A DNA stretch of 64,000 bases, taken from Trypanosoma brucei. Lineage: Eukaryota. The DNA lies in NCBI GenBank assembly GCA_000002445.1, contig CM000208.1:3072001-3136000 (forward strand). Reading direction: 5' to 3'. A model generated the notes under the pieces. It was given only the letters and a program-made list of their open reading frames with translations, was not told the origin of the DNA and ran no database searches. Below are positions 18,625 through 28,763 of this stretch, piece after piece; the stretch's first letter is position 1; the number at the start of each line of letters is the position of its first letter. Made by a program: the position numbers and the translations under genes.

Positions 18625-21372
18625 TCATCCGAATAATTTGGCCAATCTTACGGCACCCGACTCTTGGACAGAATTCCATCCTTCCTCAATTTGACGCAAA
18701 GCGTCAGTATCCCCTTTTGCTCTGTCCTTCAACTGACTTAACAATTCCGGTTCAGAATGACGGCGACAATCCGCACCCGCCGTTTTCCAATCGCCACAAA
18801 GGACATAGTATTCCATTCTCCATTCTATTTGAGGAATTTTAGGTATGTACTGTTTGGCTTGCTGTCGCTGACAATTGGCAAAAAGTGCTCTCACAAATGC
18901 AAAACCACTAACAGGGGACCTACCTTTGCCTCTAATATCACTTATCTCATCGACAAGATTCCACTGCTTTGTTTCCACAGCTGCTTTTACCATACACCAG
19001 GTATTCATTTTGTCGGAAACTCCAAACTTGTTCTTAATACGATCGGCAACATCCTTGCAACCATGCTCGTGGCAAAGAGTAATTGTTTTTGTGACACTGG
19101 CATCCAAGAAACGACGATCCTTTAGTTTCTTTACCAGATTTTTTTGTTCCTCCATGAGATCCATGTGCAGCCGAAGCCATTTTTCGCTGTCAGAGGGTGG
19201 TCGGAATGAACCTGAAAGCAGCGAGTGGGAGTAAGTGTTCCCACTCAAACCGCCTTTCGAAGGTATATTTACAGTACCCATTGTGCATGACAACAGCGTA
19301 GAGCGCACAATATTAAGCTTGATTACTAGCAAGTCCTCACAACTTTGACCCCCCTCCCCACGTTTACCGGTAGAAACCCTTACCTCCTCGAGGTACCGTA
19401 AAAGATCCAAGTAAGCGCAGTCATCTGGGTATGTCTTAAAGATTTCCATCACTTTACTATTCGTCACTCTCGCTGACTTGGCAAATACGAACAGCATTCT
19501 CCTTGATGTGACGAACTTCTTCAAGAGGGTCAACGCATCACTGCTTTCAGAGGAAATCAAATATTTTATGACCGTAAAAATTAATCCTGTATCACCCGAC
19601 CTTATAGCTTGTCGAAGCCCCTCTTCCAGTTGATTGATTTGCAGCAAGTGAGATATTCTCTCCGATACTGATGTTTCAGCCTCGAGTACAGCAAGAGCCG
19701 CACTTACTTTCTGACTGCGATAAAGTTTAAGCGCAATTTCGCAATATGCAGACTGCTTACAGCACTTTAATTTGTCCACAACTCTGGAGACCAGGCGTCC
19801 CTCATCTGCCTGCGAGACGGAAGAGTTCGTTAACATCAGCATCGCCCACTCCATCATGACATCCTTGGCGCTGAAACCCAGTAACTCACACACATGATAT
19901 GCAAGTTGGTGATAATTCAGCAGTGCGAGTCGCCTTACTAATTTCTCTTTTAATTCTGACAACTGCGCTTGGGATAACAACGTCCCTGCTTTACTCTTGC
20001 ACAACATATTAACCGCTCGGAGGTGCCGAATAACGTCAACGAAAACATCAGATTCGTACATTGCACAAAACGACTTACCGAAGGCTGCTACACGCATCAA
20101 TCGTTTCTGCTGCGATACACTCAACTCGAATTTGGCAGCGGCGATGCAATCGTCCACTGCCTCGGAGAGCCCATGTTTGTCCCTTTGCAAATCACGGATT
20201 ATTTTCACAGAGTTGGCGTTTCCACACATAAACTCATCATATGCCGATAACAACATGGCGGATTTAGCTCGCGATCCCACAGAAAAAATACGTCGTACGG
20301 GCTCGGGTACAACCTGGAGAAATTGATACGAGCGAGCTGAAAGAATCCGCACACCATCGCATTCAGGAACCAGGTGGGCATCGACCGGAATATCGTTGAG
20401 GTAATCTGATTTATCCGGATCATCGACACTGAGTAAACTGAGAGTCGTTGGAAAATTAAGCGCAGCATCGAACTGCTTATTCCGATGCAAGTACGATATG
20501 CACCTATCCCCACACCACATAAACTGAGATGGTATTACATCTGTGTTTATGTTCAAAAGACGTGTGATATCATCAAAAGAACGTGAAGCAACATATACTG
20601 TACCATCACGAACCATAAAAGCCACACTTCGGCCGTTGGGAGAAAGCGCCATATGAACAAAATTCCCACCTTCGATGTAAACACCCAGATCGTGGCACAT
20701 ATACTTTTCGTGAAATACGATATGATAAACGGTCGAAGCGTTTTCCGTTGTAACAAAAGGTACAAAAATCTCGGTATGCCCACTATCGCTAAATCGCGGC
20801 GGTACTGCTAACATTGAACAAGGTTTATTATCATGAAGCAGACGAGGTATTGAAATCGAGACCGCTTCGTACCCCTCAGTACTGCCGCTCTCAACCAGTA
20901 CCAGTCGGAGTTCCTGAAGTCCTACAAGCAAGGCAACACCGGCTTCGGTGCTAGTACATAAAGATGGTACTGGAACCCTCAGAGACGACCCAATAGGTTC
21001 TCCTCTAAAATTAAAAAAACGCAGCGCCCCAGAATTAGAAACGACTATAAGATTATCTTTGGGATAATCCCAACATGCAAACATTAAGTTTGTCATATCA
21101 TCCATATATATTTGCGGAGATAAAGGATGTGGTGTCCCGTTGGCGTTGTAAAGTTTGATAACGCTTCCCCTACTCCCCGAAGAAGATACATTACGATGAT
21201 ACAAGGCCAGTAGTCCACCCGAACGACAATAAGCAATATCATACCTGAAAAAGTCAACGTCCAGTCCCCACAGTAAATCATCAAAGTCAACAAGTCGAAC
21301 TACATTTTCTCGACCAAGAGCTATCCATGCGCCAACCCTTGCAGTTCTCACAAACCTTCTTGGACGTGACAT
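18625..21372 (-). CDS. VPS16: Vacuolar protein sorting-associated protein 16 (HOPS/CORVET core subunit), 915 aa
   Basis: Recalled human VPS16 blocks line up: [24 protein letters not shown] with [36 protein letters not shown] with [36 protein letters not shown] with [24 protein letters not shown]. The N-terminal [18 protein letters not shown] resembles FYRKYELY…APYGGPIALL. There is no C-terminal RING, which separates it from Vps8/11/18. Confidence 0.8.
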   Translation of the reverse strand: [915 protein letters not shown]

Positions 21373-21617
21373 AGGTTGGCTAATAAGTTAACAATATTAA
21401 AAATTGGGGGAAAATATTTCTTTAAAAAATTAATTGAACATGCACACCAAATTCAGCTTTTCTTTCAATAACAAACGTGTGTGGAAACAGTACTAATGTA
21501 CAACTCCATTTCATTACATACATTTATAGATACGCATACGTAGTCATAATGTGTAAAATACATCGCAAACATATAGACACGCACTCAATGGTAAATAAAG
21601 AAAAAGCGGTAAGTACG

Positions 21618-23858
21618 TTACTCCCATTCTAGAGGAACAACACAAAAAAGGGTTAAAGAAAACTGCACATCTTCATGTACACACCTAGCGCGAGGAACTA
21701 ATCTATATGATTCCTGAGGCTTCATCGTTACGTCCAAATTGAAAACAACAAGAATATCTGACCTAAACTCCGTTAACCATAAGAGGTCATCACCGCCAGG
21801 ACACAAATAACAAGCACTACGTATTTCCAAGCCAACACCAACGGTTCGTTTGTGGTTTGGTATTTGTGATATTGCCACAACGAAATTTCTAACTGTTATA
21901 TCAGTTTTATTTTTAATCACGAACGACGGGCCCAATTCTGACCCTTTCCTCCACCAGTCCTTAATTGTTTTAAGTTCCGGAGGGGAAAGTGGAACGAAGT
22001 CAAAGCAATCCAAGCACGTTGCGCCCAAGGTACATGGGAAAGGAGCAGAGGAAGACACAGTTACCTGTAACGATTCATTTCCTTTGAGTAACACCACTAA
22101 ACCAACCTCACCACCCTTGGCCTTTTTAGTAGAAAGCAATTCATTTCTGGGACAAACATCACATCTTCGCATTCCCCCCAACCCGTCAGCCGAATATTTG
22201 AAAATATGCAACTGAGTCCATTCATCATGCATTTCATTATCTCTACTAGACGCTCGCACGACCAACACTACCTCTTTCTCCGAATTGCTGTTATTTGAGA
22301 GGAGAAACGAAGGATTACTAGCAAAAGTTGACACAGTATCCGATCCTCCCAGACAACAGCACGGATACTCAATCACATGTCTGTGAATATAGAGTGGATC
22401 ACCGTGAGGCCAGAGAAGTAGGCCAATTCGTTCGAAATACGATATTGCATGCTCTAAGTGCATGCTATTGGATGGAAACTCTACTATACCATCTTTCACC
22501 AAATGTGGAGTAGCGCCGATATATTCAATTGGTTTATCATTCAAGGAAGAAAACCGTACCACACACGTATATCCTGAGTCAGCGTTAGGAGCCTCCACTG
22601 CCGTCAGAAGATAAGGTGTAAACGGAATAATACCAATTTCTTCCAAGCATCTAAAGGCTCTTTCAATCTCCGGATTCGCATGAAACGCAACTATTCTCTT
22701 TTTACGAACACAATCTTTCAAGAATCTGAATATATCAGCTACACTAACATGTTTCTTCAAATTCTTCATTTGAAGTTCAAAGCAGATACCACCGGTCAAG
22801 CACGAGAGGGCATAACCAAGACCAACTCCTGTAATATTTTTGTACCCGCCGTGAAGTTTTGCAAAAGCCTTCTCTACTAAACATCCCCAATAGTCACCAC
22901 TGTTGCTTTCATGGTGAATACCCGCCGGACGATCACCGATCATCGGAATAAAGTCATCAATAACGACCTCTATTGGAGTATCACCGGAAAAAAAACGAAA
23001 TGCGAAGGCTCCTATGCAAGGAAGTTTCCAAATGCAAAGGTTCCTAAGCAAATAAGAAACCTGTTGGACCACACTAAGGGCAGCACGAAGGTTAGAAGTA
23101 TCATTTATTACTGAGGCTACCAATGGTTTGTCACCAACACAGCATTCGTTTTGATCCCTTTGGTCTTCTACAAGAGAGCTCACCCTCACCCACTTTATAT
23201 CACTATTTTTTAAGGCAGTATCAGGCGGGAAACTATTATCTGTAAATGGGGCACCAGATGTAGCTGCGTTGTTCATAATGTCCCTGCAAGACGCATCGCA
23301 TACCTCCGTTGAGCAATGACATGCTCCCATGAAGCAATCCTCATTCCACGATTCCATTCGCCACCTCCAAATTTTTGCTGTCTCTGGAACAACTGCTTTT
23401 CGCCATCGTGTTTGATTTACTTCCCACTGCATTCTATTTATCTCCGTCTGCAAATGTATTGCATATTCAACCTCACTTGATAAACCAGTGCCAGACAAGT
23501 CGACAACGTGTAACCCTGCACAGGCAACAGCCAAATCCTTTAATGCAGCACCGGACGTGTTATCTAAGTGTACGTTGCACAATACGAGACGTGTAACCGA
23601 ACTGCTTCTCAGAACAGCAAAAAGACGTACTAACTGATCGGTTGGTACTTGCATCCCACTGACATCTAACACCTCAATCTCAGACCGCCTTTCAAGAAAA
23701 TGAATGACACAATCGAAAAATTTGGACGAATAGACATACCTGCTGAGATTCAGTTCGTTGGGAGATTTTTCCAAACCTTCCAGCAAATCTGAGTATACTT
23801 TACAACCCAACCACTCAGAGATATACCGGTACTCCTCAGCCACACTAATTATTTCCAT
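21618..23858 (-). CDS. Calpain-like protein with N-terminal leucine-rich repeats; catalytic residues apparently substituted (pseudopeptidase), 746 aa
   Basis: The calpain domain II signature is conserved: VVIDDFIPMIGDRPAGIHHESNSGDYWGCLVEKAFAKLHGGYKNI…LSCLTGG, compared with VVIDDCLP…[21 protein letters not shown]…FTGG. The QGxxGDCWLLAA active-site Cys block is missing. The GHAYS His block reads FTPYLL. The N-terminal 150 aa look like LRRs (LDVSGMQVPTDQLVRLFAVLRSSSVTRLVLCNVHLDN…LHVVDLSGTGL). Confidence 0.75.
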   Translation of the reverse strand: MEIISVAEEYRYISEWLGCKVYSDLLEGLEKSPNELNLSRYVYSSKFFDCVIHFLERRSEIEVLDVSGMQVPTDQLVRLFAVLRSSSVTRLVLCNVHLDNTSGAALKDLAVACAGLHVVDLSGTGLSSEVEYAIHLQTEINRMQWEVNQTRWRKAVVPETAKIWRWRMESWNEDCFMGACHCSTEVCDASCRDIMNNAATSGAPFTDNSFPPDTALKNSDIKWVRVSSLVEDQRDQNECCVGDKPLVASVINDTSNLRAALSVVQQVSYLLRNLCIWKLPCIGAFAFRFFSGDTPIEVVIDDFIPMIGDRPAGIHHESNSGDYWGCLVEKAFAKLHGGYKNITGVGLGYALSCLTGGICFELQMKNLKKHVSVADIFRFLKDCVRKKRIVAFHANPEIERAFRCLEEIGIIPFTPYLLTAVEAPNADSGYTCVVRFSSLNDKPIEYIGATPHLVKDGIVEFPSNSMHLEHAISYFERIGLLLWPHGDPLYIHRHVIEYPCCCLGGSDTVSTFASNPSFLLSNNSNSEKEVVLVVRASSRDNEMHDEWTQLHIFKYSADGLGGMRRCDVCPRNELLSTKKAKGGEVGLVVLLKGNESLQVTVSSSAPFPCTLGATCLDCFDFVPLSPPELKTIKDWWRKGSELGPSFVIKNKTDITVRNFVVAISQIPNHKRTVGVGLEIRSACYLCPGGDDLLWLTEFRSDILVVFNLDVTMKPQESYRLVPRARCVHEDVQFSLTLFCVVPLEWE

Positions 23859-24106
23859 TTAATTACTTCCTTTGCGTTTTGAAAGCGAATATTGAGGACA
23901 TAAAGAGGGAGAGAAAGTACCGTAAGCACAACACGCCACTCCCGGCCCAGGGATAACAGAAACTATATTCATCAATTGAAAAGTAGATATCAAAGGTTTC
24001 AATGTCCCCCAGAGTCAGAGTAGAAGCAAGCCGTTGCGGGTGTCAACGGCGCTGGTAACGCAAACAAGTAAAAGCGAAAAAATCACGTCCCTATCGCAGT
24101 CACCCT

Positions 24107-24136
24107 CCCCCCCCCCCCCCGCAAAAAAAAAAAAAA
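24107..24136. repeat. Homopolymer pair C14-GC-A14 inside the divergent strand-switch region
   Basis: Read directly: ctcccccccccccccc g c aaaaaaaaaaaaaa. A GC-rich block follows at about 24290-24500. Confidence 0.9.
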
Positions 24137-27100
24137 CGTCAAGATCGGCCGCGCGTTGAGACAAGGCAAATAAACTAAACATGGGAAAAGAAAAATTTGT
24201 AGAAGCAAATGAAAACGCACCGCACACGAGCGGTGCAGAAGTACAGAGGTAGCTGGTAAAGAAAAGAAGTGACGCCGGAACGCGCGCCGCCATAGGCTAA
24301 GTAACAGCCCCCTCCACACAACCCATCTCGTGGACCGCAACGGCGCCCCGGCTGCAACGACCACGACCAGGCGCACCACGATCGGACACCCCGCCGAGGA
24401 AAGAAAACAAGGGGCCCCTACACAGCCTCGCCGCAGTAATCCGGAAATGCGCAGCAACCAACCGTCGCAGAGAAGGTTCCATTGCCCAACTCCGCCGCTA
24501 GAAGGGGGAAGGGAAAGAAACACGTAACGCCGCGCCAGTTCAGCTCTTTAGAGGGCCCAAACGGTATGGTCAAAGGAAAACCTGCTACGGGGAAGAGATT
24601 GACAGACGGTTGGTAACTGTCTCGACCTGTTCATTTCGGCTGCGTGTTACCCAAAGGGAGGCGGTACATATTCGGGTAACTGCCAGTCGTTATGTGGTTT
24701 CCGAGGTTTGTAGAAGGAGGAGGCCGAAACGGTATCAGCTACGTTACCGATTTGTGGTCGGTGAGCCGCCAATCCTGCGTTTGCTTGTCTTCGTAGGTCG
24801 CCAACATTTTCAACATCGACTTTGACACACCTTGCTCAGCTACGAGTCTGTTGGTGACTGGACTACGCGACCTCGGCGGTTGAAAGCGAAGGTGAACACT
24901 GGGGCGGGTAAATAAAAGAAGGTCAACTCCCGGACGTGGGCAGGCGGGTCGTTAACTTCGGCCGGTTTGTTAGCAGTTGTGGCGCTACTGTTTAAACAAG
25001 TGGAGGGGTGTGAGACGACACCGCGCACCCAACCATGGGAGGAGTACATCGGTGGAAAGCAGACCCAAAGCGCTTACCGACATTGTGAGAAAGCGATGTC
25101 AAGAGAGGGGAACGAGTGACAGTGCCCACAAACTTTTCATCTCTTTCATTGGCTTCAAAAAAAAAAAAACAAAAAAGGGTCCTCTCAGAGTAAAGGGAAA
25201 GACTACGCAATCAGTATGGACCAATATGATAAGATCAACTGTAAGGAAGAAACCCCGACGGAGGCAACCTGATGCCACAACAAACTTCGGCGTGGAAGAC
25301 GGGAATCATTACGGCTCCGAAAGGGTGGAAGGGAAGTGAAGAGGGAAACAGTTTGAGAGTGATTAAGAAGCTACATCATGCCGTTGTGAACCCGTGGGTT
25401 ACACCCCACTCCCGGTGGTGACTTCTTCAGAACGAAAGGAAATAATTGTTTAGTTGTGAACAGGGGAAATTGAGTTAGTCGGTTGTCAAACGTGCGCAGC
25501 AGTGGAAAATGGGTTGTACGGCAAAAAATGAAGACAGTGTTCCAGAGATAACACGGGCAATTCCCCCAAATCACACCTAACAACACTGTCAATGATTCCT
25601 GCTTATTCACCAGGAAACGACGTCAACACCACGAGCAATTCGACACATGGGTCTGATAATGTCCTCAAGGCACTACACTGTATAATAATGGAACGGCTCA
25701 GCAACTAACCTCATGATAAAGATCAAAAAGTGGGAAAGAAGGGCAGCATTTGAACGGCTAAAAATAACAAATAAGGTAAAAGACACAAGGGGAACCACAG
25801 TTGCGACATCTGTGTTGTGGCTTTTTGAAAGAGACAAATTGCACTTTGGAAAGCGACTCCCGTGTGGTTTGATTCAGCCTCTTCACGCCCCTTTGCGTAC
25901 GTATATGAGGAGCTTGGATGCGTTGTGAGAAAGCGGTGCAACTTTGAAGAGTGTGATACGGACGACAACTTATCAGCTACTCGAAAAGCTCGTAATGTCC
26001 ATAACAAAAATAAATCCAGCGTATATTGAGACAGGAACGGTAAACACCCCAATGGAAACGGGAAGGGAAATGGATGCACAAAGGTTAGTGTCTTGTGTTA
26101 GCTTCCGGATTCGCAACGGGGACAACGTCGGCGAGGTAGTAGCGCACAGAATTGCAAAACGTTTAGTGAAGCAGTACGCGTCGTATGAAGGTGGCACCTG
26201 TTATCCAGGATATGATGTACCACGCTTGGTGGATGTGGATTTGTTCGTTACGGTTCACGATTGGACAAGAGGAAGAGGCTTTGGTGGTTGGATCCGAAGG
26301 TATTATAATTTATGAGGGCGGACTCGAATAAATAGCTGGCTCGGGTTTCTTAAAGGTAGTTAAGTCATACACACTAAACACGTGGAAAGGATCCGGAGCC
26401 GCATCTGGTCGTAACAGCATCATCGTCAAAGCGCATGTTATCGAACTTCACCATCTGTACGGCGGGTTGCGTGGCGGTGAAGTAAACACGTAACTGCCAT
26501 GACAGACAAAGCTGGTAACGCCAGAGGTTCCAGCATACCCTTCCCTCATTGTCTGTCTGGGGATGCTGTGAAGAGTGCAACCACTTGCTCCTTAATTTGT
26601 GCTGCTGCATTCATTGGTTATACAATGCCATCGTTGTTAGGTGAGGTTGAAATGTTAACAATGTGATGCGTAGCAATGTGAACAGAAAGTGCCCTTACAT
26701 CGCCGACGAAACTGAAAAGGTTTGGAGTGCACGTCTGATTTCTTTACACCCCAGTACACCGTCAGGTACGTGGTTCACGTTGGAATGGGAAGGGGCGGCG
26801 AAATGGCGAGGCATTTTTGTAATCTTAACGGACCTTGTACGTTTACTGTCTTCGTATTCGCGAGAATACACAACGTTACTTTACAAGTTATTGCGCGGCA
26901 GAAAGAATGATGTTGAAGCAAAGTGGCGCGGATCGTGCACCCACGAAACGGTGGGGACACGGAACTTTCCAGTTCTACGACGCAGCTTCATGTAAGCGAT
27001 GAGGGAGTAGCTTCATCCCCCTCTAGTAAGTGTGGACCTTCAGGCGATATATTCTTACCTTCACCGACGTTCGGGATGAGGACGGCGGTGTGGACATTCT

Positions 27101-28574
27101 GACACGGGTGACCCGGTGGTATTGACGGCTCACAATCAAAAGTTAGGGTTTAGTTGTGCTATGAACAGGATGCACAAAAAATGTGCGGGAAAGGTGGCGT
27201 TTGCCGACTTTCATTTGTACTATAAGTGAGTCTGCTCTGCGAGAGGTGAGTCTATGGGAGCAATGTCCTGTTGTTTCGCGGAGGGCGCCATATTTTTTGC
27301 GCTTGTCATTGTGGACCGATGGTGTCACAGTCACTGCACATATACCCTCTGACTTAACAGCACGGAGAGTCACTTACGTACCGGATTATATGCCACATGT
27401 TTGCCGTGCGGTAGTCGCCTTTACGTCACCTTTTATTTTCATGCTTTGCTTTCCGTTGGCACACCGCTGCTTGCCCCATGGCATATTCTGTGGATTTGTT
27501 GGGAGATGAGACAGGCTTGTGCCCAGACAAACGTACCGTATTTGAAGTCCAACCTTCTATTCAGACAGATAATACTCGCCATCAGCTTACCGAAGTGATG
27601 TTAACTGATGAGTTTCGGTGTAGGGCTGTGTTTTTTATTCAGAGAGTTGAAGTGCAATTTGTGTGTCAGGGGCGCCGTTTTCATACCCTGTACATATCGC
27701 AAAGGTGGGTGGATGGAAATGATTATTTTTTTTCTTTGATGCAAAGGAGCACACTTTGTTCTAGTCGTATCACGCGTAGGTGTGCAGAGGTTACGTTTGA
27801 AGCATATTACCCAGTTCGTAAAGCACGCTGAAGACATTGAAACACACATCACCAGCTATGTTGATTGACACCACCAGTAGACAAAGCTGACCACTGCGCG
27901 TGAACACTTTTTCGCACATGCCAAATTCTTTAACTATAATACCTATGAGGACGCGGTGTGTTTAGCTTAGTGGTAGTTTATGGAAGAGGGGGGCCATGCT
28001 TGTAGGAAATGCTACTTGGTAGTTCGTGTGAAGGCTGTAAAGCTCGTGCAGTTGAGCTGATTGCCAACGGTGTACTGATGCTACGTCAGCGGTGAGTAAA
28101 TACTGTTTTATTCGATACTTCTATGTTTCAAGGGAGTTTCTGCTGGATGGTAGTTTTTCACATTTTTTACTTTCCTTTCCTACACACGAAGTTTACTGTT
28201 GTTGGGAAGCAACTATCACGTGCATCGCCGTGGTTATATAAATGTTGTGTGCATTGGAAGTGGTTGCCCAAACTCCCTCACTACATGAAGGAGGAGGCAT
28301 GCGTCCTTAGTAAACCCCGAAACACTTGCCTGTCGACGTGCTTCGCGTGACGTGAAGAGGGAGTTTATGTCGGTCGTCTGCCCTCTCCCTCGGGGCCCGA
28401 CCTGAAATGATGCTGGGGATGTTTAGTATTTCTTTGCTTCTGTACAGTTTTCTATACGTGTACACCCTTCGTCGCGACGGGCCCCACATGTTTGAGCACA
28501 GCTATTGCAGTCCAGAAAGCCCTGTCGCGTTGCATGACTCTCACTACCCCCTGGCATAAAATACTACCAACAGT

Positions 28575-28597
28575 GTGTTTTCCTCTCTGTCTTTTAG
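28575..28597 (+). promoter_or_regulatory. Polypyrimidine tract plus AG: candidate spliced-leader trans-splice acceptor for the adenylate cyclase mRNA
   Basis: The run gtgttttcctctctgtcttttAG lies about 165 nt upstream of the ATG at 28764. Confidence 0.4.
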
Positions 28598-28763
28598 GGC
28601 ATAGCAGTTTCGAGCCATACAAATCCTTTTAGCTGCCACCGCGCGTTGACGGGGCTACCGCTGCAAGACACTGCAACGACACACATATACAAATATATAT
28701 ATCACAACCTCCTGATCTAGGAAACGGTTCCCTGGTGACTGCAACTGGATAAATCCTTCCGCC

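Larger units (their letters stand above)
23859..28763. promoter_or_regulatory. Divergent strand-switch region; candidate Pol II transcription start region for both flanking units
   Basis: Every gene to the left is on the minus strand. The next gene to the right, at 28764, is on the plus strand. The 4.9-kb interval has no convincing ORF; the largest is 123 aa. Confidence 0.45.

Noticed and set aside
24540-25150. Possible 7SL / snRNA-like structured RNA in the divergent strand-switch region
   Set aside because: Local stems exist. I cannot match any conserved SRP, U-snRNA or SL-RNA sequence element from memory. There is no divergently oriented tRNA-like A/B-box companion gene, which normally accompanies Pol III small-RNA genes in trypanosomes. 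It is kept only as a scan suggestion in a finding, not as a feature.
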